A program made the translations under genes and the position numbers. A DNA stretch of 64,000 bases from Burkholderiales bacterium. GTDB lineage: Bacteria; Pseudomonadota; Gammaproteobacteria; Burkholderiales; Burkholderiaceae_C. This document shows positions 8,847-18,179 of this stretch, one piece after another. The notes below the pieces were generated by a model that did not search any database, was not told the DNA's origin, and saw only the letters and a program-made list of their open reading frames with translations. The stretch's first letter is position 1. Each line of letters starts with the position of its first letter. The DNA is taken from positions 30,927 through 94,926 of the forward strand of contig JBAWYQ010000001.1 in the NCBI GenBank assembly GCA_037143475.1. The letters are read 5' to 3'.

Positions 8847-10581
8847 AGAGTGGGTCCTTCACCAGGCTGACATCAAAGCCCTCGCGCTGCAAATCCACCT
8901 TGCGCAGCTTGTAGTTACCCGTCATGTCGGCCTTGGCCGACAGGCGCACAAACAGAGGCGCCGCATAGCGTGGCAGACGATTTGTGGCCAGGGTCCAGAA
9001 GGCGACCGGATCAAACGCCGCACCCTGCAGCAAAACCAATGCCGCCATGCCGGCGCGCCCCTCTTGGCCCGGCACCTGCACGCCATAAATAGTCAACGCT
9101 TCCAGGCCGGAGAAATCGCCCAGCGCGTCGGCCACTTCAGCCGTGGACACGTTCTCGCTCTTCCAGCGGTAGGTGTCGCCAATGCGGTCTACAAACCAGC
9201 AATAGCCATCGGCATCGCAACGCAGCAGATCGCCCGACGACCACCACGCGTCGCCTTCCCTAAAGACATTGCGCAGAATTTTTTTCTCGGTGGCATCCGC
9301 CGAGGTGTAGCCCTCAAAGCGGCCCGCCACCACATCCGGAAAATCGTAAATCATGCCAATGGCCTCACCGGGCTCGTCCACACCCGCCAGTTGCATGAAG
9401 CCATCGGCATCGCGCGGATGAACATCGGTGCCAATGTCGTAGCGCACCAGACGCAGATTGGTTTTTTCCCAGAAGGGCACGCGCCCGCAGGAGCCAATGC
9501 GGTTGTCCAGATTCAGGGTGCTGGTGTTGGACTCCGTGGAGCCCCAGCTTTCAAAAATCTGCATCTCGCCAAAGCGCTCCACCCACTGCGCCCATATCTC
9601 GGGAGTCAGGCCGGTGCCCGACATCTTGCGCAAGGTGTGCTGCCTGTCATCGCTGGCAGGCGGTGCACTCAGCAGGAAGCGGCAAATCTCGCCCACATAC
9701 TGGGCCATGGTCACCCGGTAGCGGCGCACGTCACTCCAGAATTCACTGCGGCTGAACTTGCGCCGCACAGCCAGACTGGCACCGGACGTCAGTGCGGTGG
9801 AGGTGGCCGACATCGAGGCCGCGCCGTGATAGAGCGGCAAAAAACAATAGAAGCAGTCTTGCGGAACAATCTCCCAAATCGCCTGCATGCCGGCACCTGC
9901 CATCAACCAGCGCGCATGGCTGATCACCGCCGCCTTGGGCAAACCTGTGGTCCCCGAGGTAAAGATGTACTGGGCCGTGTCACCCGCCACCAGACCGGCA
10001 CGCCACTCGACCGGAGGGTTGTGTTTTGCCGCCCGGTCCACATGCGCACTCAGGTCCAGCGAACACAGCGCGCTTTGATTCGCCTCGGCCAGGCGCTGCG
10101 GATCGGGCCAGAGCCAGTAGCGCAGCTGCGCCGGCAGCTCGCTGGTGGCAGTGAAGTGCGGCAAACATTCCTCGCCCACGATGACGGTCTTGGCGGCGGT
10201 CACCTCCATCGCATGCTGTAAGGCCCGGCCGGTGACGTTGGTGTTCAAGAAAGCCACGACCGCTCCCAGCTTGGACAAGCCAAACCAGGCGAAGAAAAAG
10301 GCCGGCCGGTTCTCCATGGCCAGCGCCACCACATCGCCCTTGCGCACGCCAAGCGCGTAGGCCGCATGGGCCACCTGGTTCACGCTCTGGTTGAACTCGG
10401 CGTAAGTCCATTTTTGCTCGCCGAAGTAGATGCAGGGCCGTTCGCCAAAACACTGCACAGACTCTTCCAGCCGATCAGCCGTCGTGTAGGGGCTGGAAGC
10501 CTTGAACTGCGTGCCGACAGGGGCCCGGCGGTCCAGCCGGGCCTGTGTCACTTCACGCGAAACGATGGGTACTGTCGTCAC
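8773..10581 (-). CDS. FATP / very-long-chain-type acyl-CoA synthetase
   Basis: 602 aa, GTG start with GAGGGAGA RBS. Motifs YIFTSGTTGLPKAAVISHARW and YRWKSENVST are typical of the FATP/FadD17-19-like subfamily. Confidence 0.9.
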   Translation of the reverse strand: MTTVPIVSREVTQARLDRRAPVGTQFKASSPYTTADRLEESVQCFGERPCIYFGEQKWTYAEFNQSVNQVAHAAYALGVRKGDVVALAMENRPAFFFAWFGLSKLGAVVAFLNTNVTGRALQHAMEVTAAKTVIVGEECLPHFTATSELPAQLRYWLWPDPQRLAEANQSALCSLDLSAHVDRAAKHNPPVEWRAGLVAGDTAQYIFTSGTTGLPKAAVISHARWLMAGAGMQAIWEIVPQDCFYCFLPLYHGAASMSATSTALTSGASLAVRRKFSRSEFWSDVRRYRVTMAQYVGEICRFLLSAPPASDDRQHTLRKMSGTGLTPEIWAQWVERFGEMQIFESWGSTESNTSTLNLDNRIGSCGRVPFWEKTNLRLVRYDIGTDVHPRDADGFMQLAGVDEPGEAIGMIYDFPDVVAGRFEGYTSADATEKKILRNVFREGDAWWSSGDLLRCDADGYCWFVDRIGDTYRWKSENVSTAEVADALGDFSGLEALTIYGVQVPGQEGRAGMAALVLLQGAAFDPVAFWTLATNRLPRYAAPLFVRLSAKADMTGNYKLRKVDLQREGFDVSLVKDPLFVRDDTAGSYVPITPQAMAKALGG

Positions 10582-10615
10582 GGGGTCTCCCTCATTCTTT
10601 TTTTGTTGCGATGCC

Positions 10616-11797
10616 TCAGCGCACGGGCTTGGGCATGCCCAATCCGAACTGAGCGATCAACTCACGCTGAATTTCATTGGTGCCGCCACCAAAAGTATTG
10701 ATAGGCCAGGAGCGGATTTCGTATTCCAGCTCACCCATCAGAAAGGCGGCGCTGGAGCCGGAACGCACCAGCGCGCTGCTGCCGACAATGTCCATCAGAC
10801 GGCGCAGGATCTCAATCACGCTTTCGGAGCCGTACACCTTGGTGGTTGAAGCCAGTGCCACATCCATGCCACCCGCTTCAAGGTCGGCAGCGATGCGGAA
10901 ATTGATCAGACGCATGGCCTCCATGCGGGTGTAACACTCGGCCAATGCGCGCCGCACCCAAGGTTGATCGATCGCACGGCGTCCCTGCTCGTCGCGCGCC
11001 TTGGCCCATAGCAGCACCTTGCGAAAGGGGGCAAAAACCTTGTCGGACCACGAGCCCAAACCCAGACGCTCGTGGTTGAGTTGCGAGGTGATCAGCTTCC
11101 AGCCACCATGCAGACCACCCACCAGGCGGTGCGCCGGCACTTCCACGTTGTCGTAGTAGGTAGCTGCGGTGACATTGCCCACGGTATGGATCAGGGTGTG
11201 CGAAAAACCCTTTGCCGCAGTGTCGGCAATCAGAATCGAAATGCCCTTATGGCGCGCCAGTTCGGGGCTGCTGCGCACAGCCAGCCAGATGTGGTCGGCC
11301 GCCTCAACGCCCGAGGTCCAGAGCTTGTTGCCGTTGACCATAAAGTGACCCGTCTGCAAATCGCCTTCAAGGCGGGCCTGTGTTTTCAGAGTGGCCAGAT
11401 CCGAACCCGCCTGGGGTTCGGAATAGCCAATCGCAAAAATGGTTTCACCCGCTGCAATGCCGGGCAGGAATTCGGCCTTTTGCCGGTCCGTGCCATGCTC
11501 CATCAGCGCCGGACCGACCGTGCTGATGGTCACAAAGGGCAGCGGTGCACCGGCAATGTTGGCCTCTTCAAAAAAGATCAACTGCTCCGTGGCGCTCAAA
11601 CCCTGTCCGCCGTGGGCCTTGGGCCAGCCAACGGCCAGCCAGCCGTCGCGCCCCATCTGGCGTATGGTCTGGCGGAACTCGTCGCCGCTCTCGGCACCGC
11701 GCAGCCGCTGGCGCAACTCGGGTGTCATCAGCGCATTGAAATAGTCACGCACCTGCAGGCGCAGGCGATGCTGTTCGGGGGTCAGGTCAATGAACAT
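10616..11797 (-). CDS. Acyl-CoA dehydrogenase, alpha-type
   Basis: 393 aa with C-terminal FGGGTNEIQRELIAQFGLGMP. Confidence 0.9.
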   Translation of the reverse strand: MFIDLTPEQHRLRLQVRDYFNALMTPELRQRLRGAESGDEFRQTIRQMGRDGWLAVGWPKAHGGQGLSATEQLIFFEEANIAGAPLPFVTISTVGPALMEHGTDRQKAEFLPGIAAGETIFAIGYSEPQAGSDLATLKTQARLEGDLQTGHFMVNGNKLWTSGVEAADHIWLAVRSSPELARHKGISILIADTAAKGFSHTLIHTVGNVTAATYYDNVEVPAHRLVGGLHGGWKLITSQLNHERLGLGSWSDKVFAPFRKVLLWAKARDEQGRRAIDQPWVRRALAECYTRMEAMRLINFRIAADLEAGGMDVALASTTKVYGSESVIEILRRLMDIVGSSALVRSGSSAAFLMGELEYEIRSWPINTFGGGTNEIQRELIAQFGLGMPKPVR

Positions 11798-11816
11798 GGC
11801 TTCTCGTTGTTAGGGT

Positions 11817-12995
11817 TCAGGCATTGCCCAGAATCAAACCGCTGGTGGGCACACCGGTACCCGCGGTGACCAGCACGTTGTGCACGCCACCCACCTGGTT
11901 GACGGCATCACCACGCACCTGGCGCACACCTTCGGCGATGCCGTTCATGCCGTGGATGTAGGCCTCGCCGAGCTGTCCGCCATGCGGATTGATGGGCAGG
12001 CTGCCACCACGCGCATGCTTTCCAGCGCGGATGAAATCCTTGGCCTCGCCGCGTTTGACGAAACCGAACTCTTCGAGTTGCGGCAGCACAAAGGGCGTGA
12101 AGTGGTCATAGATCACTGCTGTCTGAATATCGTCCGGAGTCAACCCGCTTTGCTGCCAGAGCTGCTTGGCCACCAGCCCCATTTCCGGCAGGCCGGTGAT
12201 GTCCTGGCGGTAATACGAGGTCATGATCTGCTGGCCGTCGCTGATGCCCTGCGCCGCGCCTTTGATGATGACGGGCTTGCGCTTAAGGTCGCGTGCGCGC
12301 TCGGTGGAGGTAATGACCATGGCCACCGCGCCATCTGACTCCTGGCAGCAATCCAGCAGGTGCAGGGGTTCGCAAATCCAGCGCGAGGCCTGATGCTCTT
12401 CCAGCGTGATCGGCTTGCCATAGAAAAAGGCTGCCGGATTGGTAGCCGCAAAGTCGCGCACGGCCACGGCCACGCGTCCGAAGTCTTCACTGGTCGCGCC
12501 AAAGGCATGCATGTAGCGCCGGGCAAACATGCCGACCCAGGCGGCCGGTGTGTGAAAACCGTGTGGCATGTACCAGCCGTAGTTCACATTCTCGAACAGC
12601 GGCGAGTCGCCGAAGCCGTAGTTGCCATTACCGAAGCGGTACCAGCTGCGCTCATTCATGGCGCGATACACCACGACGGTCTTGGCAATGCCGGTGGCCA
12701 CGGCCATGGCTGCGTGCAGAACCGGAGCGCAGGCTGCACCCCCGCCATGCGGCACCTGGGAAAAGAAGCTGACGTTCTTGGCGCCGAGCAGACGTGCAAT
12801 CTCGTACTCGGGCACCTTGTCCACCGAGTAGGAGGAGAAGCCATCCACCTCGCTGGGGTCAATGCCTGCATCGGCCAGCGCCTGCAGCGTGGCCTCCATG
12901 GCCAGGCGCACTTCGGTGCGCCCGGAGCGCTTGGAAAACTCGGTTGCACCCAGGCCCACAATGGAGGCGCGGCCGGAAATATTCATATCAGTCAT
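11817..12995 (-). CDS. SCP-x/Ltp-type thiolase-fold protein (steroid side-chain retro-aldolase candidate, Ltp2/Sal-like)
   Basis: 392 aa with the nonspecific lipid-transfer thiolase pattern (ASIVGLGATEFSKRSG..., C-terminal NPHGGQLGEAYIHGMNG). Genomic context is MaoC and DUF35 genes. Confidence 0.8.
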   Translation of the reverse strand: MTDMNISGRASIVGLGATEFSKRSGRTEVRLAMEATLQALADAGIDPSEVDGFSSYSVDKVPEYEIARLLGAKNVSFFSQVPHGGGAACAPVLHAAMAVATGIAKTVVVYRAMNERSWYRFGNGNYGFGDSPLFENVNYGWYMPHGFHTPAAWVGMFARRYMHAFGATSEDFGRVAVAVRDFAATNPAAFFYGKPITLEEHQASRWICEPLHLLDCCQESDGAVAMVITSTERARDLKRKPVIIKGAAQGISDGQQIMTSYYRQDITGLPEMGLVAKQLWQQSGLTPDDIQTAVIYDHFTPFVLPQLEEFGFVKRGEAKDFIRAGKHARGGSLPINPHGGQLGEAYIHGMNGIAEGVRQVRGDAVNQVGGVHNVLVTAGTGVPTSGLILGNA

Positions 12996-13019
12996 GGGTT
13001 TAAAACTCCTGGCGCTGCA

Positions 13020-13451
13020 TCAGGGCAGGCGGACACGCACGGTGCCGCTGACGTGGTTACCCATGGAGTTCTTGCCCATGAGCAAGACTTCCACCGTGCG
13101 GTCTTCGGCGCGCTTGTCGCTGACCGCGCCGCTAAAGGTCATGGTGTCCCCGGGGTAATTGGGGGCACCCAGTTTGATTTTCAGATCACACAGGCGCGCC
13201 GCCGAGCCGGTCCAGCTTTCTATAAAGCGCTGCACCAGGCCATTGGTCGTCAGAATATTCATGAAGATATGGGGCGAGCCCAGTGCGCGCGCGGCTTCCA
13301 GATCGTGGTGACCAGGAAAGTAATCGCGCGTAGCGATGGCGCCACCGGCAATCAGCGGCACGGTAATCGGCACAGCCAGCACAGGCAGTTCTTCGCCCGG
13401 CTGCACATCGTCAAAGCTGCGTATCATGGAGGGTGTCCTCAGCAAAGTCAT
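13020..13451 (-). CDS. MaoC-like hot-dog hydratase small subunit (ChsH1-like)
   Basis: 143 aa; RDYFPGHHDLEAARALGSPHIFMNILT is a hydratase 2 motif region. The start overlaps the upstream ACAD end; an alternative ATG is at 13427. Confidence 0.8.
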   Translation of the reverse strand: MTLLRTPSMIRSFDDVQPGEELPVLAVPITVPLIAGGAIATRDYFPGHHDLEAARALGSPHIFMNILTTNGLVQRFIESWTGSAARLCDLKIKLGAPNYPGDTMTFSGAVSDKRAEDRTVEVLLMGKNSMGNHVSGTVRVRLP

Positions 13452-14568
13452 ATTTCCAACCCAGGTTGTCGTTGTCGGCCAACCAGTCGCCCAAACGCGC
13501 CAGTTGGTGTTCGGTGCCGCCTAGCACAGCATTCAGTGCGCGACTCCAGTAAAGAAAGCGGTGAATGGGGTAGCTGATGTCCACGCCGATACCGCCGTGC
13601 ACGTGCTGTGCCATGTGACCCACGCGATGACCTGCATCATTGGCGAGGGCGCGTGTGGCCCAGGCCTGCGGCGCAGCGCCAAGACCCGCATCCAGCCGGT
13701 ACACCAGTTGCCAGACCGAGGTGCGCAGCGCCTCCAGCGCAATGTGACCATCGGCCATCTGACCGGCCACCAACTGGAAGCTGCCGATGACGCGATCAAA
13801 CTGCTTGCGCTCGCTGACATAGTCCACCGTGCGACGCAACTGCTGATACGTCACGCCCATTTGCAATGCCGCCAGACAGGCTATGGCACGCGGCTCTATC
13901 CAGCCAACAGCGGCCGGTGCCAGTACAGCTTCGGGGCTAAGTTCGATGCAGTCAAAGTACAAATCCGCCACGCCCAGATGGTGTTGGGTGATGCCTTCCA
14001 CCCGCCGAACGCCGGGCTGCTGCAAAGACACGAGGACCAGACGCAGACCCCCTTCGGCATCGTCTTCCAGTGCTGCGGTGAGCAGTGCGTGCGATGCCAA
14101 CTGGCCCAGTGCTACCGCAGGGGCTGCACCGTTCAATTGCCAACCGGTGGCGCTGTAGCGAAGCCGCAAAGTGGCGGCACCGGTTGCAGACAAAGCGCTC
14201 AATGACAACGCCAGTGGCGAGCCGGCAAGCGCCTGCTCCAGTACCGGCTGACGCAGTGCCGGCGGAGTAAAACGCGCCAGCGTGGCAGCGGCCAGTTGCT
14301 GTTCCCACAACGGCACCAGCGCCAGTGCGCGGCCCTGCTGCTCCAGCACCGCCATCAGTTCGGTCATGCCCAGACCGAGACCGCCATCGGCCTCCGGCAC
14401 CAGTATGCTGTGCAGTCCGGTCGCTACGCACTGCTCCCACAGTGCACGCATAAAGGGTTGATCAGAAGCATCGTGTGCACGCAGCGCATCGTCACCGCAA
14501 AAGTCAGTAAACAGTTGATGCGCAGTTTCGGCGAAGGCGCGCTGGTCTTCATTCAGTTGAAAGTCCAT
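13411..14568 (-). CDS. Acyl-CoA dehydrogenase, beta-type
   Basis: 385 aa, GAGGAGG RBS, ACAD fold without the C-terminal EIQ motif. Confidence 0.85.
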   Translation of the reverse strand: MDFQLNEDQRAFAETAHQLFTDFCGDDALRAHDASDQPFMRALWEQCVATGLHSILVPEADGGLGLGMTELMAVLEQQGRALALVPLWEQQLAAATLARFTPPALRQPVLEQALAGSPLALSLSALSATGAATLRLRYSATGWQLNGAAPAVALGQLASHALLTAALEDDAEGGLRLVLVSLQQPGVRRVEGITQHHLGVADLYFDCIELSPEAVLAPAAVGWIEPRAIACLAALQMGVTYQQLRRTVDYVSERKQFDRVIGSFQLVAGQMADGHIALEALRTSVWQLVYRLDAGLGAAPQAWATRALANDAGHRVGHMAQHVHGGIGVDISYPIHRFLYWSRALNAVLGGTEHQLARLGDWLADNDNLGWKYDFAEDTLHDTQL

Positions 14569-14577
14569 CGCTCCTCC

Positions 14578-15546
14578 TCAAGCCACGGTCGCCGTGGCGG
14601 ATGCCAAGCGGAACTGCGGCAGCACCAGATCACCATCAAAGCTGTTGAATACAACTTCCACCGCTTGCCCGATCTGCACCTCGGCAGGCTTCAAACCCAC
14701 CAGTTGGGCCACCAGGCGGGTGCCCTCTTCCAACTCAATCAGACCGATCGGGTTGGGATGGTCAAAGGGCGGCACCTCGGGGTAATGCATCACCACAAAG
14801 GAATACACCGTGCCCCGGCCCGAGGCCTGCAGCGTGTCCCATTCAAACGAATGGCAGCTAGGGCAGACCGGCCCGGGTGGATGGCGCAGGCTGCCACACG
14901 CCTTGCAACGCTGGATCAGCAGCTTGCCCTCGCGCACACCATCCCAGAAAAAGCGCGTGTCGTCGCTGATACCGGGCGGTGGACGACGTGGCGTCGGCGC
15001 GGCAGCTTTTTCCGGCTGTTGGGCGGGAGCGGTTGCTTGCGCGGCGCGGAACTTGAAGACGCGAAACAGCAGTTGTCCAACAGGCTCGTCCGGCTGACCA
15101 CCGTCCTGTTGAGAAAAATAGCTCATCACAAGCGTGACAAAAAAGCCGGTGCCCAGCCCGGTGGTTTTCTCTTCGCCAATGCTGTCCAGCCGTGTGGTGT
15201 AGTAAAGCCGCTCACCTACGCGCACATCTCGCGCAAAGGTTAGCTCCGAGTTGACCGCCACGACGGATGGGTAACCGTGCGCCTCAATCAACTTAAGCGC
15301 CTCATAGGGGTTCTCGGTGGTGGAGCCGGGCGGGTAGTTATTCGCCACTGGGCCTTCCATGCACCACACCTGCAGCATGGCCGGTGGCGCAATCACTTGC
15401 CCGCTGTCATCCGTCGGCACCGCCACGCCCATGATTTCGCACCACTGCCGGATCATGGGGGCGTTCACCGCATCCCAGGCATAGACCCGCCCGTATTCCT
15501 TGCCCACCAGGGCCCGGATTTCTGTCATCCACTCGTGCTCAGCCAA
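14578..15546 (-). CDS. MaoC-N-like hot-dog domain fused to DUF35 OB-fold/zinc-ribbon (ChsH2-like hydratase subunit)
   Basis: 322 aa, TTG start with AAGGAG 6 nt upstream. C-terminal half has CKACGSLRHPPGPVCPSCHS plus an OB fold (DUF35). N-terminal half is hot-dog-like. Confidence 0.8.
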   Translation of the reverse strand: MAEHEWMTEIRALVGKEYGRVYAWDAVNAPMIRQWCEIMGVAVPTDDSGQVIAPPAMLQVWCMEGPVANNYPPGSTTENPYEALKLIEAHGYPSVVAVNSELTFARDVRVGERLYYTTRLDSIGEEKTTGLGTGFFVTLVMSYFSQQDGGQPDEPVGQLLFRVFKFRAAQATAPAQQPEKAAAPTPRRPPPGISDDTRFFWDGVREGKLLIQRCKACGSLRHPPGPVCPSCHSFEWDTLQASGRGTVYSFVVMHYPEVPPFDHPNPIGLIELEEGTRLVAQLVGLKPAEVQIGQAVEVVFNSFDGDLVLPQFRLASATATVA

Positions 15547-15581
15547 GACTTGCTCCTTGAAAATTGGGGGACTGCATGGGA

Positions 15582-16361
15582 TCAGGCCTTTCCAGCCTTT
15601 GCCGCATCCAGAAATGCCGGCTTTTCGCCACCGCCATGCAACAAAAGATTGGTGCCACTAAGGTAGGCCGCGCGTGGCGATGCAACAAACAGGCAGGCCT
15701 GCGCCACGTCATCCGGCTCGGCCATGCGGCCCAGCGGAATAGTGGCGCCGACTGCGGCAATGCCGTCGGCGTCGCCATAGTGCAAGGCCGATTGCTCGGT
15801 GCGCACCAGTCCGGGGCTGACCGCCACCACGCGCACCTTGGGTGCCCACTCCACCGCCAGCGACGTTGCCAGACTCAGCACGGCGGCCTTGGCGGCGCCA
15901 TAGGCGGCAGTGCCGGGCGAGGGCCGCATTGCGCTGACGCTGCCAATGAAAACGATGACACCGCCTGCCGGCTGCTGCTGCATGGCCGCGTTGGCAGCCT
16001 GTGCGGTGTGCAGCGCGGCGGTCAGATTGAGGCGGATCACGCCCTCGTGGAAACGCGGTGACACGGTGGCGGCATCCACCGCCGGACTACCGCCGGCGCT
16101 GTGCACCAGCACGTCGAGTCGGCCATGGCGCTGCACAATGCCCTGCACCAGCGCGCGCACGGCCTCGGCCTCGCGCACATCACAGGCCAGGCATTCGGCA
16201 GTGCGCCCCTGGTAGATTGGCGCGGCATCGGGCAGGCTGCGACCGCAGACCACCACGGTGGCACCGGCGGCGAGAAAGCCCTCGGCAATGCTGCGGCCTA
16301 TGCCTTTGGTGCCACCGGTGACCAGCACCACTTGGCTTTGAAAATCGGAAATGGGGTTCAT
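15582..16361 (-). CDS. SDR-family oxidoreductase (first gene of the side-chain operon)
   Basis: The ORF track extends to 16793, but the SDR domain begins at MNPISDFQSQVVLVTGGTKGIGRS (ATG 16361). The upstream extension is Arg/Ser/Ala-rich and overlaps the divergent gene. Confidence 0.85.
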   Translation of the reverse strand: MNPISDFQSQVVLVTGGTKGIGRSIAEGFLAAGATVVVCGRSLPDAAPIYQGRTAECLACDVREAEAVRALVQGIVQRHGRLDVLVHSAGGSPAVDAATVSPRFHEGVIRLNLTAALHTAQAANAAMQQQPAGGVIVFIGSVSAMRPSPGTAAYGAAKAAVLSLATSLAVEWAPKVRVVAVSPGLVRTEQSALHYGDADGIAAVGATIPLGRMAEPDDVAQACLFVASPRAAYLSGTNLLLHGGGEKPAFLDAAKAGKA

Positions 16362-16394
16362 GGCATTGAATTTACGGACACCGCCCTTTACCCG

Positions 16395-16414
16395 ATACGT
16401 CCGAAAGGACGATG
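16395..16414. promoter_or_regulatory. Island dyad site B: ATACGTCCGAAAGGACGATG
   Basis: In the divergent gap between the SDR (start 16361) and the enoyl-CoA hydratase (start 16471). Confidence 0.5.
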
Positions 16415-16470
16415 TAGCCAAAGTCTGTGCGACCGAAGATGGACCTGCCCCACCAATCCCAGAGCCCACC

Positions 16471-17283
16471 ATGTCCGACCCCACCTCTGCGCCCGGCGCC
16501 GCCGCGGCAACCGCACCCGAATTGCTGCTGGAGCGCCCCAGCGAGGGCGTGGCCCTGCTGCGCATGAACCGGCCCGACGCCGCCAATGCGCTGAGCCTGA
16601 CGCTGCAGGCCAGCCTGGCCCAGGCCTTTACCGCCCTGTCAGCCGATGACAGCGTGCGCGTGATCGTGCTGACCGGCGGCGAACAGGTGTTTGCCGCCGG
16701 TGGCGACATAAAGAGTATGGACGGCTGCGGCGCCATCGAGATCATGAAACGCCACACCGAGCGTGTGTGGGCACCAATCGAGCGCTGCCCCAAGCCGGTG
16801 ATAGCCGCCGTGTGCGGCTTTGCCTATGGCGGCGGCGCCGAGTTGGCCATGCACTGCGACATCATCCTGGCCGGTGAAGGGGCCAGCTTCTCGCAGCCCG
16901 AGATCCGCATCGGCATCATGCCGGGCATCGGTGGCACGCAGCGCCTGCTGCGCGCGGTGGGCAAGTTCAACGCCATGCGCATACTGCTGACCGGTCAGCC
17001 GGTGAGCGCGCAGGAGGCCCGCCTGATGGGCCTGGTCAGCCAGGTGTTGCCGGACGCCGAACTACTGCCGGCCGCGCTGAAGATGGCCCGAACAATTGCC
17101 GCCATGCCACCGCTGGCGGCGCAACAGATCAAGGAAGTGGTGCTGGCCGGTGCCGACGCCTCACTGGAAGCCGCCCTGATGCTGGAACGCAAGGCCAACC
17201 AGCTGCTGTTTGCCACGCATGACCAGAAGGAGGGCATGCAGGCCTTTATCGAGAAACGCAAGCCGGTGTTTGTGGGGCGCTAA
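16471..17283 (+). CDS. Enoyl-CoA hydratase/isomerase (crotonase)
   Basis: Crotonase fold (LLRMNRPDAANAL, FAAGGDIK, CGFAYGGGAELAMHCD). ATG at 16471 chosen over the longer ORF start at 16351, which overlaps the divergent SDR. Confidence 0.85.
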   Translation: MSDPTSAPGAAAATAPELLLERPSEGVALLRMNRPDAANALSLTLQASLAQAFTALSADDSVRVIVLTGGEQVFAAGGDIKSMDGCGAIEIMKRHTERVWAPIERCPKPVIAAVCGFAYGGGAELAMHCDIILAGEGASFSQPEIRIGIMPGIGGTQRLLRAVGKFNAMRILLTGQPVSAQEARLMGLVSQVLPDAELLPAALKMARTIAAMPPLAAQQIKEVVLAGADASLEAALMLERKANQLLFATHDQKEGMQAFIEKRKPVFVGR

Positions 17284-17720
17284 AGCGCGGGACGAATTTG
17301 CTGCTGGGTCGGCATGAGCATGAACACAGCTTGGCGCAAAACCTGACGAAGTTATGTGCAGCTTTGATTTGGAAGCGCAAGAACTGCGGTCCAGGACCAG
17401 GGCTTGCGGTGATGAAGGTCGCCAGGGGAGCAGCCCGCTCTGGCTAGGGGACCTGATGGCTTTGCCGTGAGGCGGAGTGAACTTCCGCAAACTCGAAACC
17501 ACCGAACTGCCATGAACGGTATTGGGTACTGAAACTACGTCTCCGACCATCTGAAAACACTAGGGCCCCCGGATAGCGGAGGGAGACAAATTCCCGCCAT
17601 CCGTCGATGGATGTATCAAACTCCATCATCCTGACTGGAAGGCACCGTATTCATCCGCCCCCTCGGTTCTGAATATGCCGCTTGGCACCAGCAAGTTATG
17701 TCTGAAATCGGGGCAGCACA

Positions 17721-18179
17721 TCAATATTCCGGTTCCCTGTCGATCTTGGCCAGGGAGGCATTGAATCCGCAACGAGGCGCAGAGGCGAGGACAAATTCCT
17801 GGTACCGACAGAAGCGCCCGTCTAGGTGCTGGTCAATTTCGTCCTGAGCATAATCTAGTGCGTGGGCGCATGAAAAACCACTAGCGGCAGCCCTAGCCAT
17901 AGCGGCGTCAGCGTCATCGACGCCAAAATAGACATTTATGATGCCTTCACCTTTTTGAGCTAGAAACTGTGAAACCGCACTATCGTGCTCCCGTCCGGGC
18001 ATGGGAGAACAAAGTTCGATGCCGGCGTCCCAGGCAATGGAAACATGGATGCCAAAAGGCGCTCCCGACCAATGAGCATCATTGAATGTTGCTCCCAGCA
18101 TATCGGCATAAAGCCTCTTGGATTCCTCAAGATTTCTAACGGCTAATACGATTCGGTTAATGCCTCGAAGTCCCATCAT
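17721..18179 (-). CDS. VOC/glyoxalase-fold protein (methylmalonyl-CoA-epimerase-like)
   Basis: 152 aa; INRIVLAVRNLEESKRLYADMLG is a VOC N-terminal motif. Codon usage and G+C are clearly lower than in the flanking genes. Confidence 0.7.
   Translation of the reverse strand: MMGLRGINRIVLAVRNLEESKRLYADMLGATFNDAHWSGAPFGIHVSIAWDAGIELCSPMPGREHDSAVSQFLAQKGEGIINVYFGVDDADAAMARAAASGFSCAHALDYAQDEIDQHLDGRFCRYQEFVLASAPRCGFNASLAKIDREPEY

Noticed and set aside
16362-16793. N-terminal extension of the SDR ORF (track gives 15582-16793, 403 aa). Similar long leaders occur on ORFs at 2051-3577, 20772-21554, 23827-24672, 29226-30767, 36403-37257, 37311-38537, 40517-41734, 46727-47608, 48387-49373, 51173-52096 and 51954-52766.
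   Set aside because: The extensions are low-complexity, overlap neighbouring genes or divergent promoters, and precede internal ATG/GTG codons that have good RBSs and mark where family homology begins. Shorter coordinates were used.
17444-17629. 61-aa minus-strand ORF (MMEFDTSIDGWREFVSLRYPG...) that faintly resembles the N-terminus of AraC-type regulators.
   Set aside because: It is too short, has no HTH part, and the similarity rests on a few residues. At most it is gene debris in the low-G+C patch.
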